DNA of 64,000 bases from Psilocybe cubensis (lineage: Eukaryota): the NCBI GenBank assembly GCA_017499595.2, contig CM039000.1, positions 2,604,001 to 2,668,000 of the forward strand. Direction: 5' to 3'. The notes under the pieces are model-generated. The model was not told the origin of the DNA and ran no database searches. It saw nothing but the letters and a program-made list of their open reading frames with translations. The translations under genes were made by a program, and so were the position numbers. Below, in pieces: positions 51,801-64,000 of this stretch. Within the stretch, counting starts at the first letter, position 1. The number at the start of each line of letters is the position of its first letter.

Positions 51801-52213
51801 AGAGGTAATGTGCATGTATGCCTTGGTTGTTGTAAAATGTCAACATTTGAACCTCTTAGCAGTAGTCGGAATTCATCCAGATCTGATATGTCGAGTTTGG
51901 AAAGAAGACGAGGCTTGAGCTGGAAAACAATCGAAATTAGATGCCCATTATCTGTGGGAGTGGAAGAATAGATGGCAGCCATGGTCTCAATTTTGCCGTT
52001 CATAATGGGGTAAACCGTCTTGAACTTTCCCGTAATCCATTTGGTTTCATCTACGCCATATTTAATTATATCTGTTACGCTTTGCTCTGAAATTTCGTTT
52101 TCTGCAAAGGATGTGGGTTGGCCTATTTTGACCCGCTTTGATGAGTGGAGTAAAGAATCATCTGCTGTAGCACGTTTTGTGGCTTTCGTGAATCCTGGGG
52201 TAGGTGGATGCAT
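48825..52213 (-). CDS. POT1: Telomeric ssDNA-binding protein Pot1 (multi-OB-fold), multi-exon
   Basis: OB1-type NISGVVVD...ITIVD...INCF...LP.V.RGDVVILH.VK; two FDC.VE...LY.TDY modules; C-terminal Cx2C-x10-Cx2C zinc ribbon. Confidence 0.82.
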
Positions 52214-52377
52214 GTATTCCGTAAAACAAGTGGATAGCACTGTGTCAAGCAGGTCTTAGCAATGGATTCGAGATGCAAGCAACATTTGATAAAGAAAAAT
52301 GAATAGACTCGGAATCCAACAAGAAGACGCCAACGGTTGCACGAACCCACAGTTATTGCTCGCTGTGACCAACATCT

Positions 52378-52426
52378 CGTGATGTTACGGATCGTGATGA
52401 CCTGTAGAACGTGATCTAACCGTGAT
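52378..52426. promoter_or_regulatory. Cluster of four CGTGAT motifs in the POT1/PAN2 divergent promoter
   Basis: CGTGAT at 52378, 52393, 52410 and 52421; regulatory function is inferred. Confidence 0.45.
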
Positions 52427-52804
52427 CATCGTCCAAGAGTCAGCGAGGCCTTCTGGCCTGCTACTTATCATCCGAATTGAAATTGTCATCGGTGGTTCTT
52501 GGTTCTCCAATCTAGCTGAACTTAACCAGTATCCGGTAACCTTCAGACTTTTAACTGTTAACTTGATTGTACAGTTTTAACAACTCTAGTAGCACTGTTG
52601 CAATTGCTCCAAGGTTACTCAGGATAAGTTGGAACTCCAGGGCCGGCCACATACGCTATCGTGAGTTGTTATGGTGCTCCAGACCGCTTTGCTGACACTC
52701 TCTGATCTCGAAAAGCTTGTGTCCTTATGGATGCGACTTTCCGCCAATATCTGTGATTCAACTATCATATTTCAGTTTCGATCCAACCCTGTTTGAAAGC
52801 CTCG

Positions 52805-55800
52805 ATGGCCACATCCTACAAGCAATTACAGCCATCGCTGGATCCATTACCATTGAATGGCTTTGCACAAACAGTCACTGCTTTAGCTTTCGATCCTGTG
52901 TCTGATATTCTTTGGACCGGCCTAGAGTCTGGAACAGTAACGGCATTATTGGGAACTCGAGGGAACAAAGGTCCCACTTTTCGTGTTGGCGGAAATTTAG
53001 GTGTCAAGAAAATCACCCCCGGCGACAATTACGTACGTGCAGTAGCTAACTCGAATGGCGGATTAGGTTCTTGGAATAAGGGGGGTGCGAACAAATGGTC
53101 ATTCCGGTAGGTAGGTCAAGATCCTTGAGAAAGTCATATCCATTTGCTCATGTCTCATAGGCCATCTTCTGAAAACGTTATTACCTTTTCAAACACGCCT
53201 TCTTCCTCTAATTTCTTAGTGGCTTCACTTGATAGTCTAGAAATGGCTTTTCTAAGTCCTGTCACTGGGGCAACCATTCGAAGGGTTTCGACGACATCGC
53301 TACTTACGCACTTGGAACTTTCTCATTCGACGTTGATTTCCGGCTCATCCGATGGGTTTCTTCGGGTCCATGATCCAAGAACTGGAATGGGAAGAACTGA
53401 TGGGGCCGAAAACATGGTTAAAGCACATGCAAGATCCATCGAAGGACTGGAAACTATCGGCAACTTCATTTTCACAACAGGCATGGGTGAAAGGCAAGTA
53501 ACTTTTACAAAATATGAAGACAATAAACCTAATTTTTCATTTTTTTAATCAGGCAATCCCGACCATTCCCTGATCCACTTGTCAAGGTGTATGATGTGCG
53601 AACAATGCGGCCACTTCCTCCTATTCCGTTTTCTGCCGGGCCTGCGTTTATACACGCCCTCCCCAATCGTACATCGACTCTGGTCGTCGTTTCTTTGCAT
53701 GGCCTCATACACGTTGTGGATGCTTCGAATCCAGCTGCATCCATAGAACTGTATCAGGTAGTTACCATGTCATCTAAATTTCTCTGCACATCGTTGATTC
53801 ATTCTGTCTGCTATTAGCTTGATTTTCCATCTTATGCTACAGAATCATCTTATATTACATCTGGTGCAATATCACCTTCTGCAACATATATGGCATTTGG
53901 TGACAATGACGGCAGGATTCATATCATGTCCCAAGCAGACGGGGAGATACCTTTCAATGGTTATGATGGACAACCTGTTCCATGGGCCAACACACCTGCC
54001 CCATTGCCTGAAATTCAGTGGACTAAGTCAACGTAAGCCCATCTTAACTATTTTATAACAAATCTCAGACTCGTTCGAAGGCCATTGAACGTCATCGGAA
54101 TGCCATATTTTGACACTCAACTCCTGTCTGTCTGGCCATCCAATCTTGCACACAAAGCATCCAGCTATTCTCCTCCACCCAGGATCCCTCCCCAAATACT
54201 GACCAGTATGAAGTACAACGAGAACATCGCATACGCAAGTCTACCCAAAGAACTTCGGGGCAGGCGCAATATGACAAGTGCAGGGCCTCGAAAGGGGGTC
54301 AGCCGTTTCCACAGCGGAAAGAATGCCATGGAGGTACGCCGATAATGTTAACGTATGCTAGATAACTAAATCCTAGTGTTTCTAGTCAGAACCGGAAGCT
54401 GAAATGTTTGACCATTATGACGACGAGGTCCCCCGGATATATCGACGTGTTGAAATTGAGTACTCTAAATTCGGCATTGAAGATTTCGATTTCGGGTGAG
54501 TATGAACTGGAGAATCAGAGAGAACTTTCTATCTGAAGAGATATTTTTAGCTTCTATAACAAAACGCCGTATAGCGGTCTTGAGACACACATATTGCATT
54601 CATACACCAACTCAGTTATTCAGGTCATGCATTACATACGACCGATACGAGAACTTGCGAAGGGCCATACAACCATTAACTGTCCTGAAGAACATTGCCT
54701 TCTTTGTGAACAAGGCTTCATTTCGCGTATGCTCGAAGATGCCCATGGGACGAATTGCCAAGCGAGCAACTTTTGCAAGACTGTAGGCTTTCTAGCTCAA
54801 GGTTAATTTTCACAATTTTTCATGAGTTGCGAACGTGCCTGACCCAAGATACAGGGTCCAATGCAATTGAACTTATGGACTACGGGCGCGAAGGAACTGA
54901 TGTTGATTATGCTCAAAAGATACAAACTTTCCACCGATTTTTAATCGACCACATGAAATCGGAAGCTAATATACAGCCCCAAAATATTTCCATGTATCCC
55001 TATGGGATACCATCGCAATATCCGTCGATCTCGCCAATCTCCCAGATACTAGGAATTGCTGGACAGAACGTGATCATGTGTTCCACGTGTAAAGGAATAC
55101 GAGAAAGAATCCATGCGATTCACATCGTTGACATGGTTTACCCCAAAAAGGTAAAGACACTATCAGGACGACCTACTGTTTGTTATATCTGACTTTCTTC
55201 CTGAAGTCAAGTGACCAAGCTTACAGTTTTACTAGCATTCTGCGTAGCTCTTTATTCCGACAAATAACCCACAAGGCAACATGTCAATTATGCAAACAAT
55301 TCTCAAGTTTTGTCTCTCGGAGATCAATTTCCTCTCGTCAGCTGCCTCCAATTCTGGCCATCAATGCGTCGGTTTATAATGATGACAGCCTTGGATTTTG
55401 GCAAGATTATAGAAATTCGACCTTCCTGCAACCTCAAATTTCTCTCCGAGGACAGATTGGTGGAATAGACGATGCAGAAGAAGCAATTTATACATTACGA
55501 GTACGTCGTTTAGCTTCCAATTTAAGTAGATTTACACTCACTCCAAATAGGCATTGGTAGTTAAGATTACTAGAAAAGACCGCAAGTCACATCTAGTTGC
55601 TATTGTGAGAGGTTGGTTTTGAACTTTCCAATAACATACTCGGAATCATAACATCCATCCAGTCCCTGAAGCGGAGAGTAATGATGCATCCAGTCCCTGG
55701 TTTTTGTTCAATGATTTTGTGGTCACCAACATATCTCAACAAGAAGCACTTAGCTTCCAAGGACAGTGGAAGGTGGGTTCATGCTTTCCAACTTCTAGAT

Positions 55801-56968
55801 ATGTACCAATGGAAATGTTCCAGGTACCTGCAATCCTGTACTTTGAACGCCAGAATGTGGAAAGTATGCTGGATTTCAGCCATTTGACACAAAAATTGGA
55901 TCCCAGCATTCTTAGTCGGGATACTTCCATCTCAATGTAAGAAGTCCCTCTATCTTCATTAATTATTAACTTGGGTACACGAATTGACCTAGTCTCTATT
56001 TAGCAATAGAAACAGAAGTCTTATCAAACACGAATTTTTAGCCCCTGATGAACTTCCGAAGCCTGGGACTCTGGTGGCCATTGATGCAGAGTTTGTGTTG
56101 ATGCAACAAGTATGCATTTTTCAAGCCTACAGTTTGCCAAATATGTTGACATGTCGTAGGAAGAAACAGAATTCCGTTCAGATGGCACCAAGAAGGTCTT
56201 GCGTCCTGCCCGATTAAGCCTTGCGCGTGTATCCGTTCTTCGTGGAGATGGCCCTCGTCAAGGCATTCCATTCATTGACGACCACATTCATACTAGCGAG
56301 ACGATCGTGGACTATTTAACGGAGTTCTCTGGCATTAAATGTAAGGATGGATGTATATTACCTGGTTTAATGCAAAGAGTTGAAACTTTGGTTTGTTTAC
56401 AGACGGGGACTTGGATCCTACACTATCCAAGTACACACTTACACCACTGAAGCTTGTGTATAAAAAGCTTCGACTTCTGGTGGATTGTGGATGTATCTTC
56501 ATTGGCCATGGTTTATCGAAAGATTTCCGCATCATTAGTAAGTTTTATTTGATAATTGTTTGGATATTGCTCAATGGATTGCCATTCATTAGATATCTAT
56601 GTGCCTCCGGAACAAGTTTTGGACACCGTTGACCTATATTTCATCAAGGCACGGTCACGTCGGCTATCGTTGCGATTCCTGTCGTGGTACATTCTGGGAG
56701 AGCACATCCAAACAGATAACCACGACTCCATTGAGGACGCTCGTTCTGCCTTGCAGCTCTATAAAGCTTATGAAGAATTTGAGGAACAAGGAATATTCGA
56801 TCAAAAACTCGAAGAAATTTATAGAGAGGGAAGGCAATATGTGGGTGTCTCCCTTTTCTGATTTTGTTTACAAACTCATCTGTGCTACGCGTGACAAAGG
56901 GCTTCAAACCACCGGCTCTGGCAATTGAATCGGAAGAAAATATCTCAGCAATGTCACCCCCTCATTAG
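52805..56968 (+). CDS. PAN2: PAN2-PAN3 deadenylase catalytic subunit Pan2 (WD40, pseudo-UCH and DEDD exonuclease domains), multi-exon
   Basis: [85 protein letters not shown]. Confidence 0.97.
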
Positions 56969-57219
56969 GAGGCTAGCCCATGTCATTGCTGAGGCCAAAA
57001 AATAAACAAAAAAAAGAAAAAAAGTAGTTAACAGTGCCTTCAGAGTGCAACGATAGCATGGTTAACAGTAATCCAATCTCCCCAAGCTTTCTTTATTTAT
57101 ATTGTACAAATTTTAAGCTATTTTGCAATCTGTGTGGTACATATGTATATCAATCAGCGTTGTCAAACGTATATACAACACATAAAATCAAGAAACATTA
57201 CACTACCCTGAGATGTCTA

Positions 57220-57758
57220 TCAGAAATCAAAATCATCATCATCGAGACCTTTCCTACGGTGATACTAAAGTAGCAAGAATAGTCAACAGTAGAATGATTA
57301 GAAAAAGGTTTGACATGCTTACCACAATGGTGGATTTCTGTACCCCAGGTCCCTTCCCTTGAGCCTCCTCCATCTGCAGACGCATCTAGCATGAGTTACC
57401 AACGATGAAAATCGGGAAAGCTTACCTGATTGAGAAGATCGATAAGTTGTGCTTCAGTAACGCGTCCTCTCAGCTGGCCAGATTGTGCCATTCGGATGAG
57501 AATAGTTTCAATCTGCTTCGACCTTTCAGCGCTGACCAGAGCTATACGAGACACTTATAACCAGGAACGGCCCCCTCAGAATGGATTCCCTCTTCTGTTG
57601 AGTGACAAAAATTTTAACGCACGTCTTTCTCTGGCTGCAGTGTCGAGGACAGTGGACATCATATCCCGACGCATCTGATCCTCCTGCTCCTGTTTCGCAG
57701 CAGCGTCGTCATTCGGCTGCCCAAGGGAGGGTGCTCCAGCAGGTAGGCCTAAATCCAT
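57220..57758 (-). CDS. PDCD5: PDCD5/Sdd2-family dsDNA-binding protein, multi-exon
   Basis: QMRRDMMSTVLDTAARERLSRIALV...IETILIRMAQSGQLRGRVTE.QLIDLL; ends RRKGLDDDDFDF*. Confidence 0.93.
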
Positions 57759-58171
57759 CGGTGTTGTGAGTCCAGGAGTTGTGATCACACCAGATCAAAG
57801 TCGTGCGAGTGAGAGTACAGAGCAGGGCTTTGTTATGATGTCAAACCTTCCGTGGCGCGGGCATCAGGAAATGTATAGGTTGAGATTGTCACACTCTTAA
57901 TTGTGCACAAGATAGGTTAACAACTTGCTAACATCCAATGCTTTTGAAACGATTGTGCATAAAAATACAGTGGTAATTACAATATGACTATTGTACACGG
58001 GTTCGTCCATATTGCGTGAGATTCCACCAAGATTAACCGAGAGAGGTATAACAATCTAAAGAAGATAAGGGTATGCTACAATTCTAGGGCAATCGGCCGT
58101 TGCAGTGATGACAAAAACATAAGGCGATTCGTAACGAAAGGGAAGCATGGTTATATTGAAGAAGGTAGCCC

Positions 58172-59410
58172 TCAGAAAGAGAGAATCGTGATAAGGGCGG
58201 CGGAAATCCAAAGGTGCGGGTACGAGAGTGCAAATGCAGCCGGTGCATCGCTGGTGTCAGGAGGTGTGGTGGTGGTCCCATTTTGCTGTTTGGCAAGGTC
58301 TACGAAAGCGGAAAAGTTTTTGGGACCATTCTCAACAGCATTGGCTGAAAAAACCATGCCCGATCCGCAATGATTTGCTTGCCGGCAGTAAGCCCAGATA
58401 GGAGTCGTCTAGGTGGAATATTCAGAAGCATTATCAGATAAGGAGATATGAATACGTACATCATTCACGCGAATAGTGAAGGTAGGGAATACGGTATCAG
58501 CATCACTGACGGGGATGCTAAGAGTTCTGAGTTGAGAGCGTGCCCATTTAATACATAACCATCACTTACAATCCAGAGTCGAAGCCAAGCTCTCCAGTGG
58601 TACTAGTAGACGATAGAGCACGACAAGGAGTGTCAAATGAGCTCGCCGTCACTGTGTGGTTCTTTTGATGAAACTCGAAGGTGATAGTATCTCCAACTTG
58701 GGCAGAAATGTTAGACGGACTATAAGCCAGAATACCCGGGCCTCCAACAATAATCCTATGGTCTACTCCTGTAGGTGTGGAGGTCGCCGACGAACTGACA
58801 GTCGAGGAAACTGAAGAAGCCGGTGGAGTAGATGTAGCAGAAGCTGTTGTGCTGACAGGAGCGCTAGATGACGCGGTTGAGGCTCCACCTGTCGCAGCAG
58901 CCAGGAAGGCAGCGAACTTGTCGCCAGGATTAATAGCAAAAACCATCCCTTGCTGGCAATGGTTTGCTTGTTTGCAATATAACCATTGGGGATCTGTGCC
59001 AAGAACACTGAGTTTGGCTACAGGGAAGTCACTGGTCATCGTATCTGGAACTGGGACGCTTTCAAGATACACTTTGTCAAGAATTGGCAAGAGAAAAAAA
59101 CTTCAAGACATACAAGCCAGTATCAATTCCATTAACTGCCTTGACACATGGGCTCTCGAACGATGATTGAGTAACAGTGTGGTTTTTCTGCTTCATGGTG
59201 AATACGATCACATCCCCGACAGCCGCATTCTGTGGATATCACAATCAAACTCAGAATCGACAAGAAAGAAATACCAATATCACATACAACGAACGAGGGG
59301 TTAAATTTCAGGACACCAGGTCCACCGACAACAACGTTGATCTCCGCAGAGAAGGCAAGTTGGGCGAATCCAAGGAGAAAAGACGACAAGAGGGCGGAAC
59401 GGCAGTGCAT
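58172..59410 (-). CDS. Secreted, probably GPI-anchored protein with two cupredoxin (phytocyanin-like) domains and a Ser/Thr linker, multi-exon
   Basis: Signal peptide; two copies of VGG.G.L.F/Y.P...GD...F...NHTVT.SSF..PC...YC.QANHC..GMVF; hydrophobic C-terminus. Confidence 0.88.
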
Positions 59411-59741
59411 TATGAAAATTGAAAATTATGGTGTAGTGATTGTAAAGAAGAGAAAAAGCGAGCGCTCAACGTCGAAAGAGAAGGTTTTAGGGGGAAATCC
59501 ATGGTAGAGGGACCAGGCAAGCTTTATATCGATCCTGACAATGGCAACCTTTTGTTCATGGTCCTCGCGTCTATTGTTAGATAATCACGTGACAACAAAG
59601 CAACCCCTTTCTAGCTGTCTTTTGTCTTCAAGCCACGCGATACAACTGTTATGCCCGGAAGATTCGCTCCATACAATAGTATATGCATAGTTCTCCAGAG
59701 TCATATATAATTTCTGCAATGAAGGTTGCTATACATCAATG

Positions 59742-61331
59742 TTATACATATAGCTCAACATATTTACCCCAACGTTCTACAACAGGCTTCACCAATTTTT
59801 CCCATTCCTTACCGCGGTTTGGCCCTTTCCTCCACCTTGTAAATTCAAAAATTTCCTTATGCATTGTTCCGCAGTCGGGACATGGCGGTGAAGCATTCTT
59901 GGTCTTTTTTGAGCTAGATTTGCTGTCACCTGTTGTTGAAGGTGATTCAATTTCGATGTTCGGCCACGACGGGTCGAGATATATGGAGGATGATACTAGG
60001 TCTGTGAGTTCAATGTGAATCAGACGCTCTAATGCAAAAGTTATGTTCAAGTAAAATTACGACAGAGAGATGTTACCACCCACCGAGACGATGGCAATAG
60101 GGGGTTTTCTCTCCTGCTTTGGTTCTGCCCTTCATAAGACTTCCAATTACAGGCTGTCCATCTTCGTCTACAGTTCCTGGATAGAATCCTCGTAGAAACT
60201 GCTCCTTTGATCCACATTGCTTACCCCATTGATCCATACGTTTTGCCAAATTTACCGTACGACCGACTTTCAATTTGATAGTCTCCTTGTTGTTATCTTC
60301 TTTGATTTCGAAGGTATATATGTATCCGGGACCATCAGATTTGGTCCTTGCCCTATCCATTTCAGCGCGCAGCGATGCCTGAGTATCTGGCTGTAAGTAA
60401 GAAGGTATCCAATCTGTAGCCAAAATGTGAGGACATGATTTCCGGGCAGGAAGTAGAACATCAAGCGACGCTATACCTTTAAATTCCACAAACACAATCG
60501 CATCTCCATGTGGCCTATGACAACCTGTAGGAGCCAGTACGTCTTTTTGGTGTTGGTAACAAAACCTCTCAACCTCATCACCATCGTCCGACACGTATGC
60601 GTAAGGTTTAACCTTAACCATTCGAGTACAACGTGTGTTAGACTTTTTAGTCGTAGCTGCACATTGCTGTTGCCCCGACTTTTGCGACGATGTAGAAGAA
60701 GTACTTGATGCGTCCGATTCACTAGCCTTCCTTCCAGAAGCTGATGGCCTGGCAGGTGGTCTAGAAGATATAGATGGAGGGTTTGAAGAAGCATCTCCGG
60801 AAGGGAAAGGAGTTGAATGAGGGCGAGTGATTGGGGAACCTGTCTCTGGGCGAAGAGCCATCTGCATTGTTAATGATTGCGGATAATCGGAGTGTGGTAC
60901 AGGCATCATCACTGTAGACGTGAAGTTCGGCGTGGAGACTGCATTTGCATGCTGAGAGGGACTGGTGGCAGCATACGGACTCCCTTGAACTCCGGGAAAA
61001 GTAGGATTGAACCCACCAACGAAAGGTGAAGTTGGAGCATGGCTGGTACCGTTAGAGATAGACAGGTCATTGAAACTCGACACAAGGTTGTCTTGCGGTG
61101 TGTGACTTTGACTGGGCTTCCAGTTACTAGATTGCGATGGCCTTGGTGGAGTCAAAGGTGGTTTATCGTCTTTCTGTTCAAGAGAGAGACCATGAGTGTT
61201 CGCCAAACATCGTTCGTGTTTGCTGCAAGGTGTACCTGGGGCCCCAACGAATCCGCAATCTTATGAAAAAAGCTTGATGCTATTTCCCTGACTTTGTCTG
61301 TGTTCTTTCCTCTTTCTGTAATAGTCGGCAT
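59742..61331 (-). CDS. MUG113/T5orf172 (GIY-YIG-like, DUF1766) domain protein with N-terminal low-complexity region and Cys/His finger, multi-exon
   Basis: QC.ATTK..TRC...FC.QH; GYIYTFEI, LKVGRTVN..KRM.QW.KQC, HRLERLIHIEL, C.DCG..HKEIF. Confidence 0.85.
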
Positions 61332-61875
61332 AGAGAAGATAACGAGTCGGAGTTACTGAAGAATGATATCGGGTTGTTATTGAATACACTTTCAAATTAT
61401 CGGGATGGCTGGTGGATAGAATTCGAGTCCAGCTACAAGGATTATATACCAGAACCTGAGTTTATGAGTCACAAAGAGAAAGGTCTGCGTAAGGAAGCGA
61501 TTATCTGCCATTGCCAGGGCTGTGAGCAAAGTAATAACCGTGAGATGATGGCGCGTCGAGGCAGAACACGAAGTGACGAAACATTGATCACGCGATCACG
61601 CGCAAAAGATGCCGACAAAAACAATTTTGTGACCTTTTGTCAAAGACCAATACCGCTGTCTACACTAATTATCCAAACCTTTGTTAGTTTCTAATAGCCA
61701 GGCAGTGTCGGTGAGTTTAGATTCCTTGGTATAATACGGCATACGTCTGTGCAATTACTGCTACTTTTGGTTCCCAACGGCCCTGGCAACCCCAGTCAAA
61801 AGACACCTTTTTACTATACCTCAATCCTTTTCTCCAGTCAGTTAACTGACAATACCCTATACCACTTGTACAGTA

Positions 61876-63105
61876 ATGGATACAAAAAATCAAGACTTTA
61901 TCGAGGTCATGGAAACGATGACAAGCAGTCTTTCAGCCGCTCGGGCAGCACTCAAAACCATAAAACAAAGGTTAGTGTCAACTATTCTGTCCCTTACCAG
62001 AGATAGCTGATCACTAATATTCAGCCAGCAGAATTTGGATGTAAAGGATGGAATATCTCTTCTGTCGCTCAAACATCATGTATTTCTATCGTATCTGCAG
62101 TCGCTGGTTTTAGTTTCGGCCCAACGCGTTTTGGGCAAAACTCTGACTGAACGTTCCCCTCCTTCTGAATCATTTGGCAGCAAGGAGAGAGAAGCTCGAG
62201 GGAATAATCCCGGCGATTTGATCGACTCCATGATTGAAAATCGAGTTGTCTTGGAAAAGATCGACGTATTGGAGAGTAAAATGCGGTATCAGATTGAAAA
62301 GCTCGTTCGCCTCGCAGATGAACCAGGGCAAAGCACAAAAGACATAGAAGGTCAGTTATTCAGCACTTACTCGGGGGTTCTATATGTCTCATAATATGTA
62401 CCAGACCCTCTCGCCTTCAAACCAAATCCAATGTCGCTCATGCAGACAGACGTACCTGCTCAGGAAGAATCGTCTGCGCAAAATCATCGCGAATCTACAA
62501 ATGACGACCAGGGCGATGGCATCTACCGCCCACCACGCCTTGCGCCTATGCCTTATGTAGAAAAATCTAAAAACAAAGAGCGCCGTAACAGGGCTCCCGT
62601 CCCTTCTGCTCTCGCCAATCTGGCTGTGGATCCTTCTCAACCTTTTGTGGAATCTACATCGGGTCTTGGCGGTGCTCCGTCTCTCGCTTCAGGTCGCGCT
62701 CAATACCTTAAGCGACTTAAAGATTTCGAAGAGGATAACTTCACGCGTGTCATCATGAAGAAAAGCGATGCTAAGCGCCGTGCAAGAGACGAAGAAGACC
62801 TGGCTCTTGGCGGTGACCTTGGTGGCGGATCAGGACACAGAGCTCGTAGGGGAGCTGGAACCCTGGATGATGAATTTAGTGAAGTTCTACGGAGTGTGAG
62901 TCGAGTCACTGGAGGTCGCGGTCAAGGCGATGGGTACGAAGAACTAAGAAAACGCGGAAAGAAGATGGATGTCCTTGAAAGAAGCCGGACAGGAAAGAAA
63001 CGCGATGCTCCTGGTGACGAAGGTCAAGAAACTCAGAGAATGAAGAAAAGAAGTCGTTTCGAATTGGAGACCAAGGTTGCAAAGAAGAAAATTGCAAAAC
63101 GCTAA
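61876..63105 (+). CDS. LCP5: Lcp5/neuroguidin (Sas10/Utp3/C1D family) U3 snoRNP factor, multi-exon
   Basis: DGISLLSLK....LSYL, ENRVVLEKI..LE.KMRYQIEKL, DPLAFKPNP, GIYRPPRLAP, FEEDNFTR. Confidence 0.9.
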
Positions 63106-63732
63106 CTTGGAAAACTTGTCCTGTCTTTTTTTTAACCTAGTTTATACTCCTGTTGTGGCGAACTATATAGTGAAAGCAATCAAAAGAAGGACTTCGAGGC
63201 AACAGGAAACTTGTCCTGTTATCTGCAATTTTGTGCAGTTCAATGTTAAACATATTTGTACTTGAATTTTCTGATTGTCTGCCATTCCGCCGCGTCATTT
63301 CTTCCAATTACATGCATGAAGCTAAATATTTGTGCAGTGTGCACTCCGTCAGTAACGTTATTTCAGATTGGTTTCCAGCAGGGCATTGTTCATTGTTATC
63401 CCGTGACTGTCACAATGCGACGCGTCTTATTGTTTTCTAAAAATAGTTCGTGTCAATAGTGGCACTGCTTCGCGAAGCGATATTAGTACTATGTCAAACT
63501 TGGTACAATGAGATCCCCGATAGACTCTTGAGTCCTTTCGGGATATCCCCCACTTCAACCACATTGTTAACCTCCTCCTCTTGACTCGGGCAGTCGATCA
63601 AGTCTATTTTCTTGTTGATCCTTTATTATTCACGATTTCACGAGTCCTCACGACGCGCCAGCGACTGCCTATTACTGCGCGAAACCTTCAAACCAGACAA
63701 TATATCCGTCAATTCCCTTCTCCTCACTCAAA

Positions 63733-64000
63733 ATGACCCAATCCGCATTCTTCCTTCGTGCCCGTGCAATATCTTTCAGTGCGTGTGTTATATCAAAAGT
63801 CTTACGATGACTGACTGAAGGTGAATTGATGAATAGGCTGCATTATGTTTCTGGGTCTACTGTGGATTATCATTCACAGTCTGTGTTTATTCGCGCAGTG
63901 GGATGTCATGGATCACTTTGAACGTTAGTGTCTTCTAACTTGTACCATATGATTGATGAACTGAACTGACTGTTGGAACGAACAGGCTCTCTCATCTTCA
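63733..64000 (+). CDS. 5' end of a hypothetical membrane protein (runs off the window; missed by the ORF track)
   Basis: ATG 63733 plus GTGCGT..TAG and GTTAGT..CAG introns give MTQSAFFLRARAISFSCIMFLGLLWIIIHSLCLFAQWDVMDHFERSLIF. Confidence 0.6.

Noticed and set aside
1..64000. Transposons, tRNA/rRNA genes, CRISPR arrays, telomeric arrays
   Set aside because: No transposase/RT/integrase motifs, terminal repeats, cloverleaf signatures or repeat-spacer arrays seen by eye; small ncRNAs cannot be excluded without covariance-model searches

Overview
Gene-dense, intron-rich eukaryotic DNA from a mushroom-forming basidiomycete. Agaricomycetes (probably Agaricales) is inferred from the ~50-60 nt GT-AG introns, CTRAY branch points and protein similarity recalled from known families. 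About 30 mostly housekeeping genes are packed into 64 kb with no recognisable transposon, rRNA, tRNA or CRISPR. They include a GBF1/Gea2 ARF-GEF (partial), cytochrome b561, 5'-nucleotidase, an NAD(P)-binding protein, 3-hydroxyisobutyrate dehydrogenase, Bmt2, Spt16, Rpc82, a CAP-G/Ycg1-like gene, a DUF2420 protein, Sda1, a Nudix ADP-ribose pyrophosphatase, Nsl1/Mis14, Gar1, a double-PHD protein, Prp38, uL15m, Mod5, a fasciclin, Pot1, Pan2, PDCD5, a double cupredoxin, a MUG113/T5orf172 protein and Lcp5. The most notable oddities are: (i) two intronless paralogous CtvD/PaxA-like membrane hydrolase/cyclase genes with no biosynthetic core gene in the window; (ii) a CAGTAG tandem acceptor in POT1 whose proximal AG creates an immediate in-frame stop; (iii) convergent genes whose stop codons are only 11-22 bp apart; (iv) a clustered CGTGAT/ATCACG promoter motif; and (v) a cryptic small spliced orphan gene at ~45.4-46.0 kb. 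All gene models and family calls were read by eye without database searches. CDS coordinates span first to last coding base including introns. No demonstrably new biological system is proven here; the findings are candidates for follow-up.
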